32,000 bases of DNA from Mycolicibacterium smegmatis (GCF_001457595.1 NZ_LN831039.1:360001-392000); one strand, 5' to 3'. Positions 18,001 to 26,630 are shown, numbered from the stretch's first letter. Notes: generated by a model not told the origin, from the sequence alone. A program made the numbers and translations.

Positions 18001-19327
18001 CCAGGACCCGGCCCCGGTCGGTGTTGTGCTCGTCGAGCCACGCGGCCGCGTCATGCCAGTGCTGCGGGATCGCGGTGAACGAGCCGGGCGGCGTCAGGCG
18101 CGCTGTCCACGCCAGCGACGTGCCCGCCGCGAGCGCCGAGAGGACGACGATCGCGACCGCGACCCGCTTGTCGCGTTCCGGATGCGCGAACGCGCTGACC
18201 CACACCGCCCGCGGCGCACTGCCGGGCAGCGGGATCCGCCCTAGCAGGTGCACCAGGCCCAGCGCCAGCGGCAGCCGGATCACCGGTTCCAGTTTCGCGA
18301 GGTTGCGCAGCGGGGTGCCCGAGCCGTCCAGGAACGCCTGCACCTGAAGCGCGACCGGCGAACCGAGCCCACCCGAATAGCCGAGGCCCAGCAGCACCAC
18401 GCCGATCAACAGCATGGTGATCAGCCGGCCGCGGGCAGGCATGGTCCGCAGCGCGAGCCCAGCCAGTCCGGCCGCGGCCACGACCGTGGTGGCGAGCACC
18501 GCGGTCGTGCTGGTCACCAGCGACGCGCCTGCAGTCGCCGACGGCGCGACGAACGGCGTCCAGCTCATGGTGCCGCGCAGCATCTCGGTGAGTGACATCC
18601 ACTGCGTCGTCACGCCCGACGACTCGATGAAGTCGAGGAACGGCGGGCTGATGCGGCCCAGCATGAGCAGCGCCACCACCCACCACGTGACGGCGAGCGC
18701 ACCGCACAGCAGCCACCACGCCGTGAACCGCCACCACAGCCGGTTCGGGCGGTGGCATGCCCACCAGATCACCGCGGCCAGACATCCCGTGAGGGTCGCG
18801 ACGGCGTTGACGGCACCCATGAGTGCGACCGCACCGGCCGAGCGGGCCGCCATGAGGCGCACCGAATGCTGCCCGCGCAGGGCCAGGATGACCGGCAACA
18901 GAACCCACGGCGCCAGCATCATCGGCAGGGTCTCCGACGAGATCGCGCCGAGCGTCGTGAGCACCCGCGGCGACAGCGCGAACGCGGCCGCCCCGATCAG
19001 CCGCGACGGGGTGCTGCCGATCCCCAGTGCTTCGGCCACACGCAGCACACCCCAGAACCCGACCGTCAGCAGCAGCGCCCACCACAGGCGCTGCGTGACC
19101 CAGCCGGGAACCCCCAGCACATCGCCGAGCAGGAAGAACGTGCCGTGCGGGAACAGGTAGCCGTAGGCCTGGTTCTGCGCCTGCCCGAACGGCAGGTCGC
19201 TGTTCCACAGATTGAACGCACGGGCCAGAAACCGCAGCGGGTTCGCCGTGAGGTCGAGTTTCGTGTCGGGTGAGATCTGTCCCGGTGACTGGGCGAATGT
19301 CAGGACGAGTGTCGCCGCGGCGACCAC
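15083..19327 (-). CDS. aftD: Alpha-(1->3)-arabinofuranosyltransferase AftD (DUF3367)
   Basis: About 1414 aa. N-terminal TM region TFAQSPGQISPDTKLDLTANPLRFLARAFNLWNSDLPFGQAQNQAYGYLFPHGTFF is characteristic of mycobacterial AftD, with a large extracytoplasmic beta-rich domain and C-terminal TM helices. Position next to DUF2613 and lpqI matches. Exact start uncertain: GTG 19327, with a coding-like extension upstream but no ATG. Confidence 0.93.
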   Translation of the reverse strand: MVAAATLVLTFAQSPGQISPDTKLDLTANPLRFLARAFNLWNSDLPFGQAQNQAYGYLFPHGTFFLLGDVLGVPGWVTQRLWWALLLTVGFWGVLRVAEALGIGSTPSRLIGAAAFALSPRVLTTLGAISSETLPMMLAPWVLLPVILALRGQHSVRLMAARSAGAVALMGAVNAVATLTGCLAAVIWWACHRPNRLWWRFTAWWLLCGALAVTWWVVALLMLGRISPPFLDFIESSGVTTQWMSLTEMLRGTMSWTPFVAPSATAGASLVTSTTAVLATTVVAAAGLAGLALRTMPARGRLITMLLIGVVLLGLGYSGGLGSPVALQVQAFLDGSGTPLRNLAKLEPVIRLPLALGLVHLLGRIPLPGSAPRAVWVSAFAHPERDKRVAVAIVVLSALAAGTSLAWTARLTPPGSFTAIPQHWHDAAAWLDEHNTDRGRVLVAPGAPFATQVWGNSHDEPLQVLGDNPWGVRDSIPLTPPETIRALDSVQRLFASGRPSPGLADTLARQGISYVVVRNDLDPDTSRSARPILVHRAVEGSPGLTKVAEFGDPVGPGTLEGFVADSGLRPRYPAVEIFRVEPADAGSSQQRSPMHPYLVDSDAMTRVAGAPEALLRLDERRRLNGEPPLGPMLLAADARRAGLPVDGVIVTDTPTAREIDYGRVDDHASAIRTPDDARHTYNRVPDYPSDGADLVYGKWTGGRLSVSSSAADSTALPYVAPATGPAAAIDSDSSTAWVSNALQAAVGQWLQVDFDHPVTNATLTITPSATAVGAQVRRIEIATATGTSSLRFDTAGKPLTIPLPVGETPWVRVTAVATDDGSPGVQFGVTDLAITQYDASGFAHPVTLRHTVEVPGPPAGSVVQQWDLGTELLGRPGCADSPVGVRCAAAMALASEEPVNLSRTLTVPQDTEVQPTVWIRGRQGPNLADLVAQPDTTRAFGDSDPIDVLGSAYAATDGDPRTSWTAPQRVVQFQTPPTLTLKLPRPTEVSGMRIVPGDTEPPAHPTLVAIDLGDGPQMHRLPADGEPRTVTLKPRVTDTVTVSLLAWNDIIDRTSLGFDQLKPPGLAELTVLDGRGAPVGAADAAKNRSRAVALPCGQGPIIAVAGQFIQTSVHTTVGALLDGEPIPARPCRSEPVKLPAGQQELVVSPGAAFIVDGVELPTPAADEIRSAPTTSAETGTWTADRREVRVSAAAQQRVLVVPESVNRGWSAHDPAGAELQSVTVNGWQQGWVVPAGTEGTVTLTFASNMPYRVGLIGGLALLPLLALLALIPVRRPVRAAAPARPWNPGPVLTGAAALVAGTAISGVAGLLVVGAAMGVRILLNRRGAAGEKVWDNVTVVVAAGGLILAGSVLSQYPWRSVDGYVGHTPGVQFLALLSVAFLAASAVRLVNRPEPSEDGRSAKPEHTGASAHAG

Positions 19328-19361
19328 CCACAGCCAGCGCCGCGACAGCGGCGGGGCCGGA

Positions 19362-19535
19362 CTAAGAACGGTCGCCGTACTCGACCCGGTTGAGAACGGA
19401 GGACGCCGGATCGCCCGCTTGCAGAGGAGGCTTTGTGTCCTGCTGCACCATCAGCGTCACTCCGAAGACGGCGGCCGCGCCCAGCAACAGGCCGACCACA
19501 ATGCTGGCCGCAGAGGGTACGACGAACCGGTTCAC
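19362..19535 (-). CDS. Small membrane protein, DUF2613 family (Rv0236A-like), 57 aa
   Basis: Manual reverse-strand translation from GTG 19535: VNRFVVPSAASIVVGLLLGAAAVFGVTLMVQQDTKPPLQAGDPASSVLNRVEYGDRS, stop at 19362. Below the ORF-track length cut-off. Confidence 0.88.
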   Translation of the reverse strand: MNRFVVPSAASIVVGLLLGAAAVFGVTLMVQQDTKPPLQAGDPASSVLNRVEYGDRS

Positions 19536-19639
19536 CCGGCCAACCTAACACGGCGACAGCAATGCCCATGACGTCCCAGCGAAGGTGCCGGGCCCCAAAA
19601 GATCGATTCCGGCCCGGGCACCGGCTAGGGTCGGGGCCC

Positions 19640-20803
19640 ATGGCTTCACCGCGTCTGCTCGCGACGTTCGTAGCGCTGTCCGGACTGTTGCTGGCCTGCT
19701 CGCCGGCCGCGCCGCCCGACGCAGGCCCCTCAACTGGGCCTTCCGGTTCGCCCGACATGCAGCCCATGGCCACCACCGCGCCGCTTCTCGAGGCCCCCGC
19801 GACGTGTGACCTCGCCGCGCTGCCCGCCCGCGACAAGCTCGCCCAGTTGCTCACGGTCGGCGTGACCGACGCCGCAGACGCGCGTGCCGTCGTAGCGGAT
19901 CACCACGTCGGCGGCATCATGATCGGCAGCTGGACGGACCTGTCGATGCTCACCGACGGGTCTCTCGGCGACATCGCGGCGTCGGCGGCGCCGCTGCCGC
20001 TCGCGGTCAGCGTCGACGAAGAAGGCGGCCGGGTGTCGCGGCTGGCGTCGCTGATCGGCAGCCAGCCCTCGGCCCGTGAGCTCGCGCGCACCAAGACCGC
20101 CGACGAGGTGTACGGCATCGCGCTCGACCGCGGCCGCAAGATGCGCGACCTGGGTGTCACGGTCGACTTCGCACCCGTCGTCGACGTCACCGACGCCGCG
20201 GCCGACACCGTGATCGGGGATCGCTCGTTCGGCTCCGATCCCGCGGTCGTCACCGAGTACGCAGGCGCCTACGCGCGTGGCCTGCGCGACGCGGGCGTGC
20301 TGCCGGTGCTCAAGCACTTCCCGGGCCACGGCCACGCCTCGGGTGACTCCCACACCGGTGGGGTCACCACGCCGCCGCTCGATGTCCTGATGGGTGACGA
20401 TCTCGTGCCGTACCGCACGCTCACCGGGCAGGCGCCGGTCGCGGTCATGGTCGGCCACATGCAGGTACCGGGCCTGACCGGTTCCGATCCGGCGAGCCTG
20501 AGCCCCGCCGCCTACAACCTGCTGCGCTCGGGTGGCTACGGCGGCCCGGGTTTCGGCGGCCTGGTCTACACCGACGATCTGTCCAGCATGGGCGCCATCA
20601 ACCAGCGCTACGGCGTCGCCGACGCCGTGCTGCGGGCCCTGCAGGCCGGCGCCGACAACGCGCTGTGGATCACCACGGCCGAGGTGCCCGCGGTGCTCGA
20701 CCGGCTCGAGCAGGCGCTGGCGTCCGGCGAGCTGAACCAGGGCGCGGTGGACGCCTCGCTGCAGCGCAACGCCGCGGTCAAGGGCCCGCTGCGCTGCGGC
20801 TGA
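19640..20803 (+). CDS. lpqI: Lipoprotein beta-N-acetylglucosaminidase, GH3/NagZ-like (LpqI)
   Basis: Signal peptide and lipobox LLLACS, GH3 motifs VSVDEEGGRVSRL, LKHFPGHGHASGDSHTG, VYTDDLSSMGAI. Confidence 0.93.
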   Translation: MASPRLLATFVALSGLLLACSPAAPPDAGPSTGPSGSPDMQPMATTAPLLEAPATCDLAALPARDKLAQLLTVGVTDAADARAVVADHHVGGIMIGSWTDLSMLTDGSLGDIAASAAPLPLAVSVDEEGGRVSRLASLIGSQPSARELARTKTADEVYGIALDRGRKMRDLGVTVDFAPVVDVTDAAADTVIGDRSFGSDPAVVTEYAGAYARGLRDAGVLPVLKHFPGHGHASGDSHTGGVTTPPLDVLMGDDLVPYRTLTGQAPVAVMVGHMQVPGLTGSDPASLSPAAYNLLRSGGYGGPGFGGLVYTDDLSSMGAINQRYGVADAVLRALQAGADNALWITTAEVPAVLDRLEQALASGELNQGAVDASLQRNAAVKGPLRCG

Positions 20804-20814
20804 CGCCGCCCGGT

Positions 20815-21978
20815 TCACCGACCGAGCCCGTACACCCGCGCGGCGTTCTGCGCGCCGATCAGCTCGACGATCCTGATCGCGTCGATCTCCGTACAGTCCC
20901 CGGCCCGCACCCACCCGCCGAGCACCAGCCCCATCGCGCGGCGCCACAGCACCGACCCCAGCAGATGCAGTTCGGGCGGTCCGTACGCGTCCGACGAGTA
21001 CAGCTGCTTGGCGAACGGCGCCGTCTCCAGCGCCTCGGCGACCAGCCCGACCGATCGTGTGCCTAGGTGGTTCACGGCCAGGCCGACGTCGAAGTGCACG
21101 TGGTCGAACGCCTGCGCGAGGTAACCGGCCTGGCGGTGGAACGGATAGCAGTGCAACAGCAGCACCGGGACCGGGGCCATGCAACGCAACAACGGCAACA
21201 GCAACAGCGGGTCGGTGCGGTGCAGGTCCAGGTCGCGATCCCCGAACCCGACATGCACCTGCACGGGGAGGCCGCGTTCGGCGGCCTCGTGCACGCCGAA
21301 CGCGACGAGCACCGGATCCTGCAGCCGCAGCGGTCCCGGTCCGTCGGCCGCCGCGCGGGCACGAGCGGCCACGTCGTCGTCACCCGGCCGCGCCCAGTCG
21401 ATGTCGAAACCCGTGCGGTAGGCGGCGATGGTCTTGGCGCCCACGATGTCCGTCGACTGTGCGGCGGCGTCCAGCGCGCTGCGGAAGAGGTCGGCGAAAG
21501 TATCTGCACCAGAATCGGATTCGAGAATATCCTCGGCCAGCCGCTCGAGCCGCAAAATCGCCGAGGCGGGCCGGCCGCTGAGCGCCGCGAGCCGTTCGGG
21601 CGTGGTGATGCTGTCCGCCGCGAAGCCCGTGTCGACGATCCAGTGTTCCACGCCTGCGTGTGCGAGCAGGGTCGACGACAGCTCTTCCGGCTCCAACTCG
21701 CTGCGCCGGGCGAAGTACTCGTCGGCACCCGCGTGCGCGGGCAGCCCAAGAACCGGTGCGCACCAACGCCGGATCGACAAGCCGAGCGGCGAGTCGAACT
21801 GGGTCATGAAATCCGGCACCGGAGCGGTCGAGGCCTCGTTGATCGATGCCTCGAACTCGGCGCGGCCGACGCGTACGGCGCTCGCGCCGTGGACGTGGTG
21901 ATCGATCAGACCGACCGTGCGCAGACGTTCGGCCAGTTCGTCGGGCACCTCGTTCGTGACCCCGTCGAAGACGTCCAT
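20815..21978 (-). CDS. Metal-dependent amidohydrolase (amidohydrolase_2/FluG-like)
   Basis: GLIDHHVHGA metal motif, VQVHVGFGD, VLLLHCYPFHRQAGYLAQAFDHVHFDVGL, YSSDAYGPPELHLLGSVLWRRA. Confidence 0.85.
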   Translation of the reverse strand: MDVFDGVTNEVPDELAERLRTVGLIDHHVHGASAVRVGRAEFEASINEASTAPVPDFMTQFDSPLGLSIRRWCAPVLGLPAHAGADEYFARRSELEPEELSSTLLAHAGVEHWIVDTGFAADSITTPERLAALSGRPASAILRLERLAEDILESDSGADTFADLFRSALDAAAQSTDIVGAKTIAAYRTGFDIDWARPGDDDVAARARAAADGPGPLRLQDPVLVAFGVHEAAERGLPVQVHVGFGDRDLDLHRTDPLLLLPLLRCMAPVPVLLLHCYPFHRQAGYLAQAFDHVHFDVGLAVNHLGTRSVGLVAEALETAPFAKQLYSSDAYGPPELHLLGSVLWRRAMGLVLGGWVRAGDCTEIDAIRIVELIGAQNAARVYGLGR

Positions 21979-22016
21979 GCTCCCAGTATCGGGTCAGGCG
22001 TTTCCGGTGGGCGGGT

Positions 22017-22022
22017 TACCCT
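22017..22022 (+). promoter_or_regulatory. Candidate -10 element TACCCT for leaderless transcription of the TetR gene
   Basis: TACCCT at 22017-22022 with ATG at 22029, matching the TANNNT-N6-start geometry of leaderless mycobacterial transcripts. Confidence 0.5.
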
Positions 22023-22028
22023 GTGGGG

Positions 22029-22661
22029 ATGGCAGGTGGAACCAAGCGGCTGCCGCGCGCCGTGCGTGAGCAACAGATGCTCGATGCGGCCGTGCAGATG
22101 TTCTCGGTGAACGGCTACCACGAGACATCCATGGATGCGATCGCCGCGGCGGCCGAGATCTCGAAGCCGATGCTGTACCTGTACTACGGCTCGAAAGAGG
22201 AACTGTTCGGGGCCTGTCTCGACCGTGAACTGAGCCGTTTCGTCGACACCGTGCGCGGCCAGATCGACTTCAGCCAGAGCCCCAAGGAACTGCTGCGCAC
22301 CGCGGTGCTGGCGTTCCTCACCTACATCGACCGCAACCGGGCCTCGTGGATGGTGCTCTACACGCAGGCGACCAGTTCGCAGGCGTTCGCGCACACCGTG
22401 CGTGAAGGGCGCGAACGCATCATCGACCTGGTGGCCCGTCTGCTCAGCACCGGCACACGTAACCCCCAGCCCGACAGCGACTTCGAGATGATGGCGGTCG
22501 CGCTGGTCGGCGCGGGGGAGGCGATCGCCACCCGGGTCAGCACGGGCGACGCCGACGTCGACGAGGCGGCCGAACTGATGATCAACCTGTTCTGGCGCGG
22601 TCTGAAGGGCACGCCGTCCGACGCCGGGACCCCGCCGGTGTCGGCGGGAAGCTCGGGATAG
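22029..22661 (+). CDS. TetR-family transcriptional regulator (Rv0238-like)
   Basis: N-terminal TetR HTH REQQMLDAAVQMFSVNGYHETSMDAIAAAAEISKPMLYLYYGSKEELFGACLDREL. Start ATG 22029 (alternative GTG 22023). Confidence 0.93.
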   Translation: MAGGTKRLPRAVREQQMLDAAVQMFSVNGYHETSMDAIAAAAEISKPMLYLYYGSKEELFGACLDRELSRFVDTVRGQIDFSQSPKELLRTAVLAFLTYIDRNRASWMVLYTQATSSQAFAHTVREGRERIIDLVARLLSTGTRNPQPDSDFEMMAVALVGAGEAIATRVSTGDADVDEAAELMINLFWRGLKGTPSDAGTPPVSAGSSG

Positions 22662-22727
22662 CCGGTTCTCCACAGGCCGAGAAAATTGCCGCACGGGCGC
22701 GGTCATAAGTGGCGTTAGGCTGCTGGA

Positions 22728-23027
22728 GTGGGCTCACCGCTGAAAGTTGCTCCAGGTCAACTGCGCTCGGCCGCCGCGGAAGAGGTCGCGCTCGGCACGG
22801 CCGTCGCGGCCCTCGGTGTCGGAGATCTGCTGAGTGCCGCGGTCGCAGCGCTGCCGCGCCTGCAGAGCGGCAAGGCCTGCGGACATGCCGCGGTGATCGT
22901 GGATGCGGCGGTCAAGGCCGCCGCCGACGAGGTCGCCGCCCACGCGGACAAGCTGTCGGCGGCCGCCGCGGCCTACGAAGGCACCGACTGTGCGCAGGCA
23001 CACCGGCTGATCCGAACCATGGACTGA
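22728..23027 (+). CDS. Small helical protein, ESX/WXG100-associated-like (EspC-like), 99 aa
   Basis: Almost entirely helical Ala-rich sequence MGSPLKVAPGQLRSAAAEEVALGTAVAALGVGDLLSAAVAALPRLQSGKACGHAAVIVDAAVKAAADEVAAHADKLSAAAAAYEGTDC..., with YEGTD fitting a YxxxD/E T7SS motif. Followed 2 nt later by the hydrolase gene. Confidence 0.7.
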   Translation: MGSPLKVAPGQLRSAAAEEVALGTAVAALGVGDLLSAAVAALPRLQSGKACGHAAVIVDAAVKAAADEVAAHADKLSAAAAAYEGTDCAQAHRLIRTMD

Positions 23028-23029
23028 CC

Positions 23030-24910
23030 ATGCCGGGTTCCATCTCCGAGGTCCGCTCGTCCGACCCGGATGCGCTCGTGCGGGCGGGCACCGACATCGG
23101 CAACCGCGCGGGCCTGCTGCAAACCCAGATGGACCGGCAGCAGGCGGTCATCGACGATCTGCGCCGCGGGTGGAACGGCGCGTCGGCCGACGCCGCGATC
23201 GAAAGCGCCGAACGGTCGCTGCAGCACATGCGGCGGTTGCACGATTCGCTCACCACGCTGCAGTCTGCGCTGCAGACCGGCGGTGCCGACCTGGCGCAGC
23301 AGCGCGACCGGATCGTGAACCACGTCGACCAGTTGCACGCGCAGGGGTGGCAGGTCGCCGACGACGGCACGGTGTCGATCCGCCCCGGCAGCGTGCTGGA
23401 CTTCTTCGCCAAGGTCAGCCCGGTGCAACGCGTGATGCTCGAGGCGCTCGCCGCTCGGGCTTCGGCCGAACTCAAGGCGATGCTGGCGCAGTTCGACGCC
23501 ACCGATGTGACTGTGGGAGCGCAGATCCGCGACGCGGTCGCGGGACTGACCGCCCACGGGCCCGCGCCCGCGTCGCTCCCGCCGAACAACGCCAAGGCGC
23601 TCGTGGACCGCCTCGCGGGCATGACGCCCGACGAGCGCCGGGAGTTCCTCGCGGGGTTGAGCCCCGAGACCGTGCACGAGATGGTGCTCGCCGATCCGGA
23701 GACCATGGGCAACACCGACGGCGTGCCGTTCGAGACCCGCATCGAGGCCAATGACATCAACATCCGCAACGCCCTTGAGGAGGAGTTGGCCAAGCCGTCG
23801 CCCGATCAGGCCAGGGTGCAGCAGTTACAGGCCATGCTGACCCCGATCAAGGATCCGGCGGGAACCGGAAAACTGGTGCCGCGCAAGTTCGTTGCGTTTT
23901 CGCCGGACGGCAACGGGCGCATGATCGAGATGATCGGGGAGATCAGGCCGGGCATCAAGGGCGTCGGCGTCGTGGTGCCGGGCACCAACACGAACCTCAA
24001 CGGCAGCGGCTCGAATCACGCGTCGGCGGTGGAACTGTCCAAACAGTCCGGGTCTCCGGTGTTCCTCTACATGGACGGTGACTTCCCGCAGGGCCTGGAC
24101 AAGGCGGCCGACCCGGCCTACGCGGCGTCGATGGCGCCGAAACTCGTGTCGTTCGGCCACGAGATCGACAGCGAGGTGGGCATCGGCGCTCCCGACACCC
24201 CCGTCACCTACATCGGCCACTCCTACGGCGGCGCCATCGTCGGGACCGCCGAACAGATGGGGCTGCGCGCCGACCGTGTCCTGCATGCGTCGTCGGCAGG
24301 CACCGGGATCCTCAGCGGCGAGTACACCAACCCGAACCCCGATGTGCAGCGGTTCTCGATGACCGCACCGGGCGACCCGATCAGCCTTGTCCAGTCGTTG
24401 CCGCGCGACGTGGCGATCTCCAGTGTCCCGGGCGTCGATTCCATCCCGGGCATACCGCACAACACCGACGGACGGATCGGCAACCCGCTGGGCGGCCTGC
24501 CGTCGGCGACCGACCCGGACAACATCCCCGGCGTCACGCGGTTGGACACGGGTTACTACGGCGATGAGGGCGCGCATCCCAACCAGGTCATCGTCGGGCC
24601 GGATGGGCACGGAAAGTACTGGGACGACTACGATTCCGATGCGTTCAAGAACATGGTGGCGGTCATCAGCGGTGGCGAGGCGACCGGCTATGTGGAGCGC
24701 GGCATCGAAACCAACTACGTCGACATCGATCTCGGCGACGACGGCGACTTCCGTGACGAGGCCGCCGATCAGGCGAAGGCGGGCGCCGCGCCCAAGGTGC
24801 CCCGGCTGCCATGGGATGACAACGGAACCTACGAAAGGCGCCAGCATCCGTGGGATAATCCGCGCGTGACGGACAATCCTGGACTCGGGCCGCGGGTGCC
24901 GGTGAGATGA
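23030..24910 (+). CDS. Alpha/beta hydrolase (DUF1023-type) with N-terminal WXG-like helical domain; candidate T7SS substrate
   Basis: N-terminus MPGSISEVRSSDPDALVRAGTDIGNRAGLLQTQMDRQQAVIDDLRRGWNGASADAAIESAERSLQHMRRLHDSLTTLQSALQTGG (WxG in a helical hairpin). C-terminal hydrolase with nucleophile elbow TYIGHSYGGAIVG and plausible Asp (APGDPISL) and His (DGHGKYW). Confidence 0.82.
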   Translation: MPGSISEVRSSDPDALVRAGTDIGNRAGLLQTQMDRQQAVIDDLRRGWNGASADAAIESAERSLQHMRRLHDSLTTLQSALQTGGADLAQQRDRIVNHVDQLHAQGWQVADDGTVSIRPGSVLDFFAKVSPVQRVMLEALAARASAELKAMLAQFDATDVTVGAQIRDAVAGLTAHGPAPASLPPNNAKALVDRLAGMTPDERREFLAGLSPETVHEMVLADPETMGNTDGVPFETRIEANDINIRNALEEELAKPSPDQARVQQLQAMLTPIKDPAGTGKLVPRKFVAFSPDGNGRMIEMIGEIRPGIKGVGVVVPGTNTNLNGSGSNHASAVELSKQSGSPVFLYMDGDFPQGLDKAADPAYAASMAPKLVSFGHEIDSEVGIGAPDTPVTYIGHSYGGAIVGTAEQMGLRADRVLHASSAGTGILSGEYTNPNPDVQRFSMTAPGDPISLVQSLPRDVAISSVPGVDSIPGIPHNTDGRIGNPLGGLPSATDPDNIPGVTRLDTGYYGDEGAHPNQVIVGPDGHGKYWDDYDSDAFKNMVAVISGGEATGYVERGIETNYVDIDLGDDGDFRDEAADQAKAGAAPKVPRLPWDDNGTYERRQHPWDNPRVTDNPGLGPRVPVR

Positions 24911-25434
24911 GGCTTCGCGCAGCAGTTTTCGTGACCGCGCTGATGTCTGTGGTGCTCATCGCCGCAGGCGCATGCGGGCCCTCAGGTGAGGATTCCACCG
25001 ACGAGAAGAAGGCTCAGCCCCCGATGACACCACCGACCGAGCTGACCGTCACCGAGGCCGCGCGCGTCGCGGCCGGTTACGTCTCGATGATCCTCGGAAA
25101 ACCCGTCGACCCCGACCCGGCCATGGCGCGCAAGATCGGCTGCCGCACCGACGATGCGCTGATGTCGGTGGGCCCGCCGTGGAAGGTGCAGGTCTACGAG
25201 TGGCTCGTCGACCCCGCGCCCGAACTCGTCGAAGGTGCGCTGACACGCATCGACACCCTGCTCGACGAGGGGTTCGAACCGATCCCGTCGGATCGGCCGG
25301 ACCAGGACTCACCCACCCACAAGGCCTACCGGGACGCGCGCGGCTACGTGGTCTCGGTCAAGGCCGAGACCACCGCGGGTGGTGTCTACGGGCTCGACGT
25401 GCACGCGACCTCGCCGTGCGCCGACGAGGGTTAG
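24907..25434 (+). CDS. Putative lipoprotein, overlaps hydrolase by ATGA
   Basis: Signal peptide and lipobox-like MRLRAAVFVTALMSVVLIAAGACGPSG. Overlapping stop/start with the upstream gene indicates translational coupling. Confidence 0.8.
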   Translation: MRLRAAVFVTALMSVVLIAAGACGPSGEDSTDEKKAQPPMTPPTELTVTEAARVAAGYVSMILGKPVDPDPAMARKIGCRTDDALMSVGPPWKVQVYEWLVDPAPELVEGALTRIDTLLDEGFEPIPSDRPDQDSPTHKAYRDARGYVVSVKAETTAGGVYGLDVHATSPCADEG

Positions 25435-25440
25435 CCGCGA

Positions 25441-26529
25441 TCAGACCGCCACGCCCTCGATGAGGCTGTAGGGGCATGCCGTGGGCACCACGCGGGTCAG
25501 GCGGAAGCCGGCCTCGGTGTAGAGCTTGCGGTACTGCGCCTCGGTGCGCTCGCGCGCCGCGTTGCCGATGAGCATCTCCATGTCCACCCACTTGAGCGGG
25601 AACGCGCGGTCGTGGTCGGGGATGACGCCCTCGACGAGCAGCAAGGTGGCGCCCGTGCGCGCCGCGGCCCGCACGTTGCGCAGGATCTCCGTGGCCGGCG
25701 CATCGGCCCAGTCGTGGATGATGTTCTTCATCACGTACAGGTCGGCGCCGTCGGGCACCTCGTCGAAGAACGATCCGGGGACCACCTGCACACGGTCGGC
25801 CACGCCGTGCCGCGCGAGCATCTCCGGGGCCCCCTCGACCACGTTGGGCAGGTCGTAGAGCACGCCCTTGGCCTGCGGTGCGGATCCCAGGATCGCCGAC
25901 AGCAGACGGCCGTGGCCGCCGCCCACGTCGGCGATGGTGCCGAACCGCGTGAAGTCGTAGGCCGCGATCAGCGGCGTGATCGCCAGCTCGGACATGCTGG
26001 TCATGGCGTCGTTGAAGATCGTGCCCAGCTCGGGCTGGGACGCGATGTAGTCGAATGGCTCCATGCCGCGCAGCGTGCGGATCGCGGACTCGCCCGTCCG
26101 CACCGCGTCGGCGAGGTGGCTCCAGTGTTCGCGGTGCTGCGCCGCGCCCACGAACTTGGCCATCCCCGCCATCGACACCTGTGCATCGGTGCGCAGCGTG
26201 TCGCCCAGCGGGTTGAGGGCGTAGCGGCCGTCGCGGGTACGGCGGAAAACCCCTTCGCCGACCAGAGCGCGCATCAGGCGATCGAGCGCGTCGGCGTCGG
26301 CGCCGACCCGCCGCGCGAGCTCGTCGGCGCGCAGCGGACCGCCGGACAGCGCGTCGGCCACGCCGAGCTGCGCGGCCGCGGTGATTCCCTGCGCCAGCCA
26401 CGCGCCGAGGAGCAGCTCGAGCATCGCGGCCTCGGGCGGGACGCTGCGCAGCCACAGCCTGCGCACGTGGTGGCGGGCACGCTCGACGGCTCGGACCAGG
26501 CGGGCCGGCGGCACCTTTGCGGAAGTCAC
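25441..26529 (-). CDS. SAM-dependent O-methyltransferase (plant-type/acetylserotonin OMT-like)
   Basis: LLLGAWLAQGITAAAQLGVADAL dimerisation-type N-terminus, SAM motif IADVGGGHGRLLSAIL, catalytic-type MKNIIHDWADAPATEILRNVRAA. GTG start at 26529. Confidence 0.9.
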   Translation of the reverse strand: MTSAKVPPARLVRAVERARHHVRRLWLRSVPPEAAMLELLLGAWLAQGITAAAQLGVADALSGGPLRADELARRVGADADALDRLMRALVGEGVFRRTRDGRYALNPLGDTLRTDAQVSMAGMAKFVGAAQHREHWSHLADAVRTGESAIRTLRGMEPFDYIASQPELGTIFNDAMTSMSELAITPLIAAYDFTRFGTIADVGGGHGRLLSAILGSAPQAKGVLYDLPNVVEGAPEMLARHGVADRVQVVPGSFFDEVPDGADLYVMKNIIHDWADAPATEILRNVRAAARTGATLLLVEGVIPDHDRAFPLKWVDMEMLIGNAARERTEAQYRKLYTEAGFRLTRVVPTACPYSLIEGVAV

Positions 26530-26630
26530 GGCTGAACTGTAAAGCAGATGACTGAGGTGTACGTCACTTACGCATCCCCTGCGCGCCGGGCCCACCCCAG
26601 CTGGCGCCGGGACACGTCCGCCGTGGCGCC

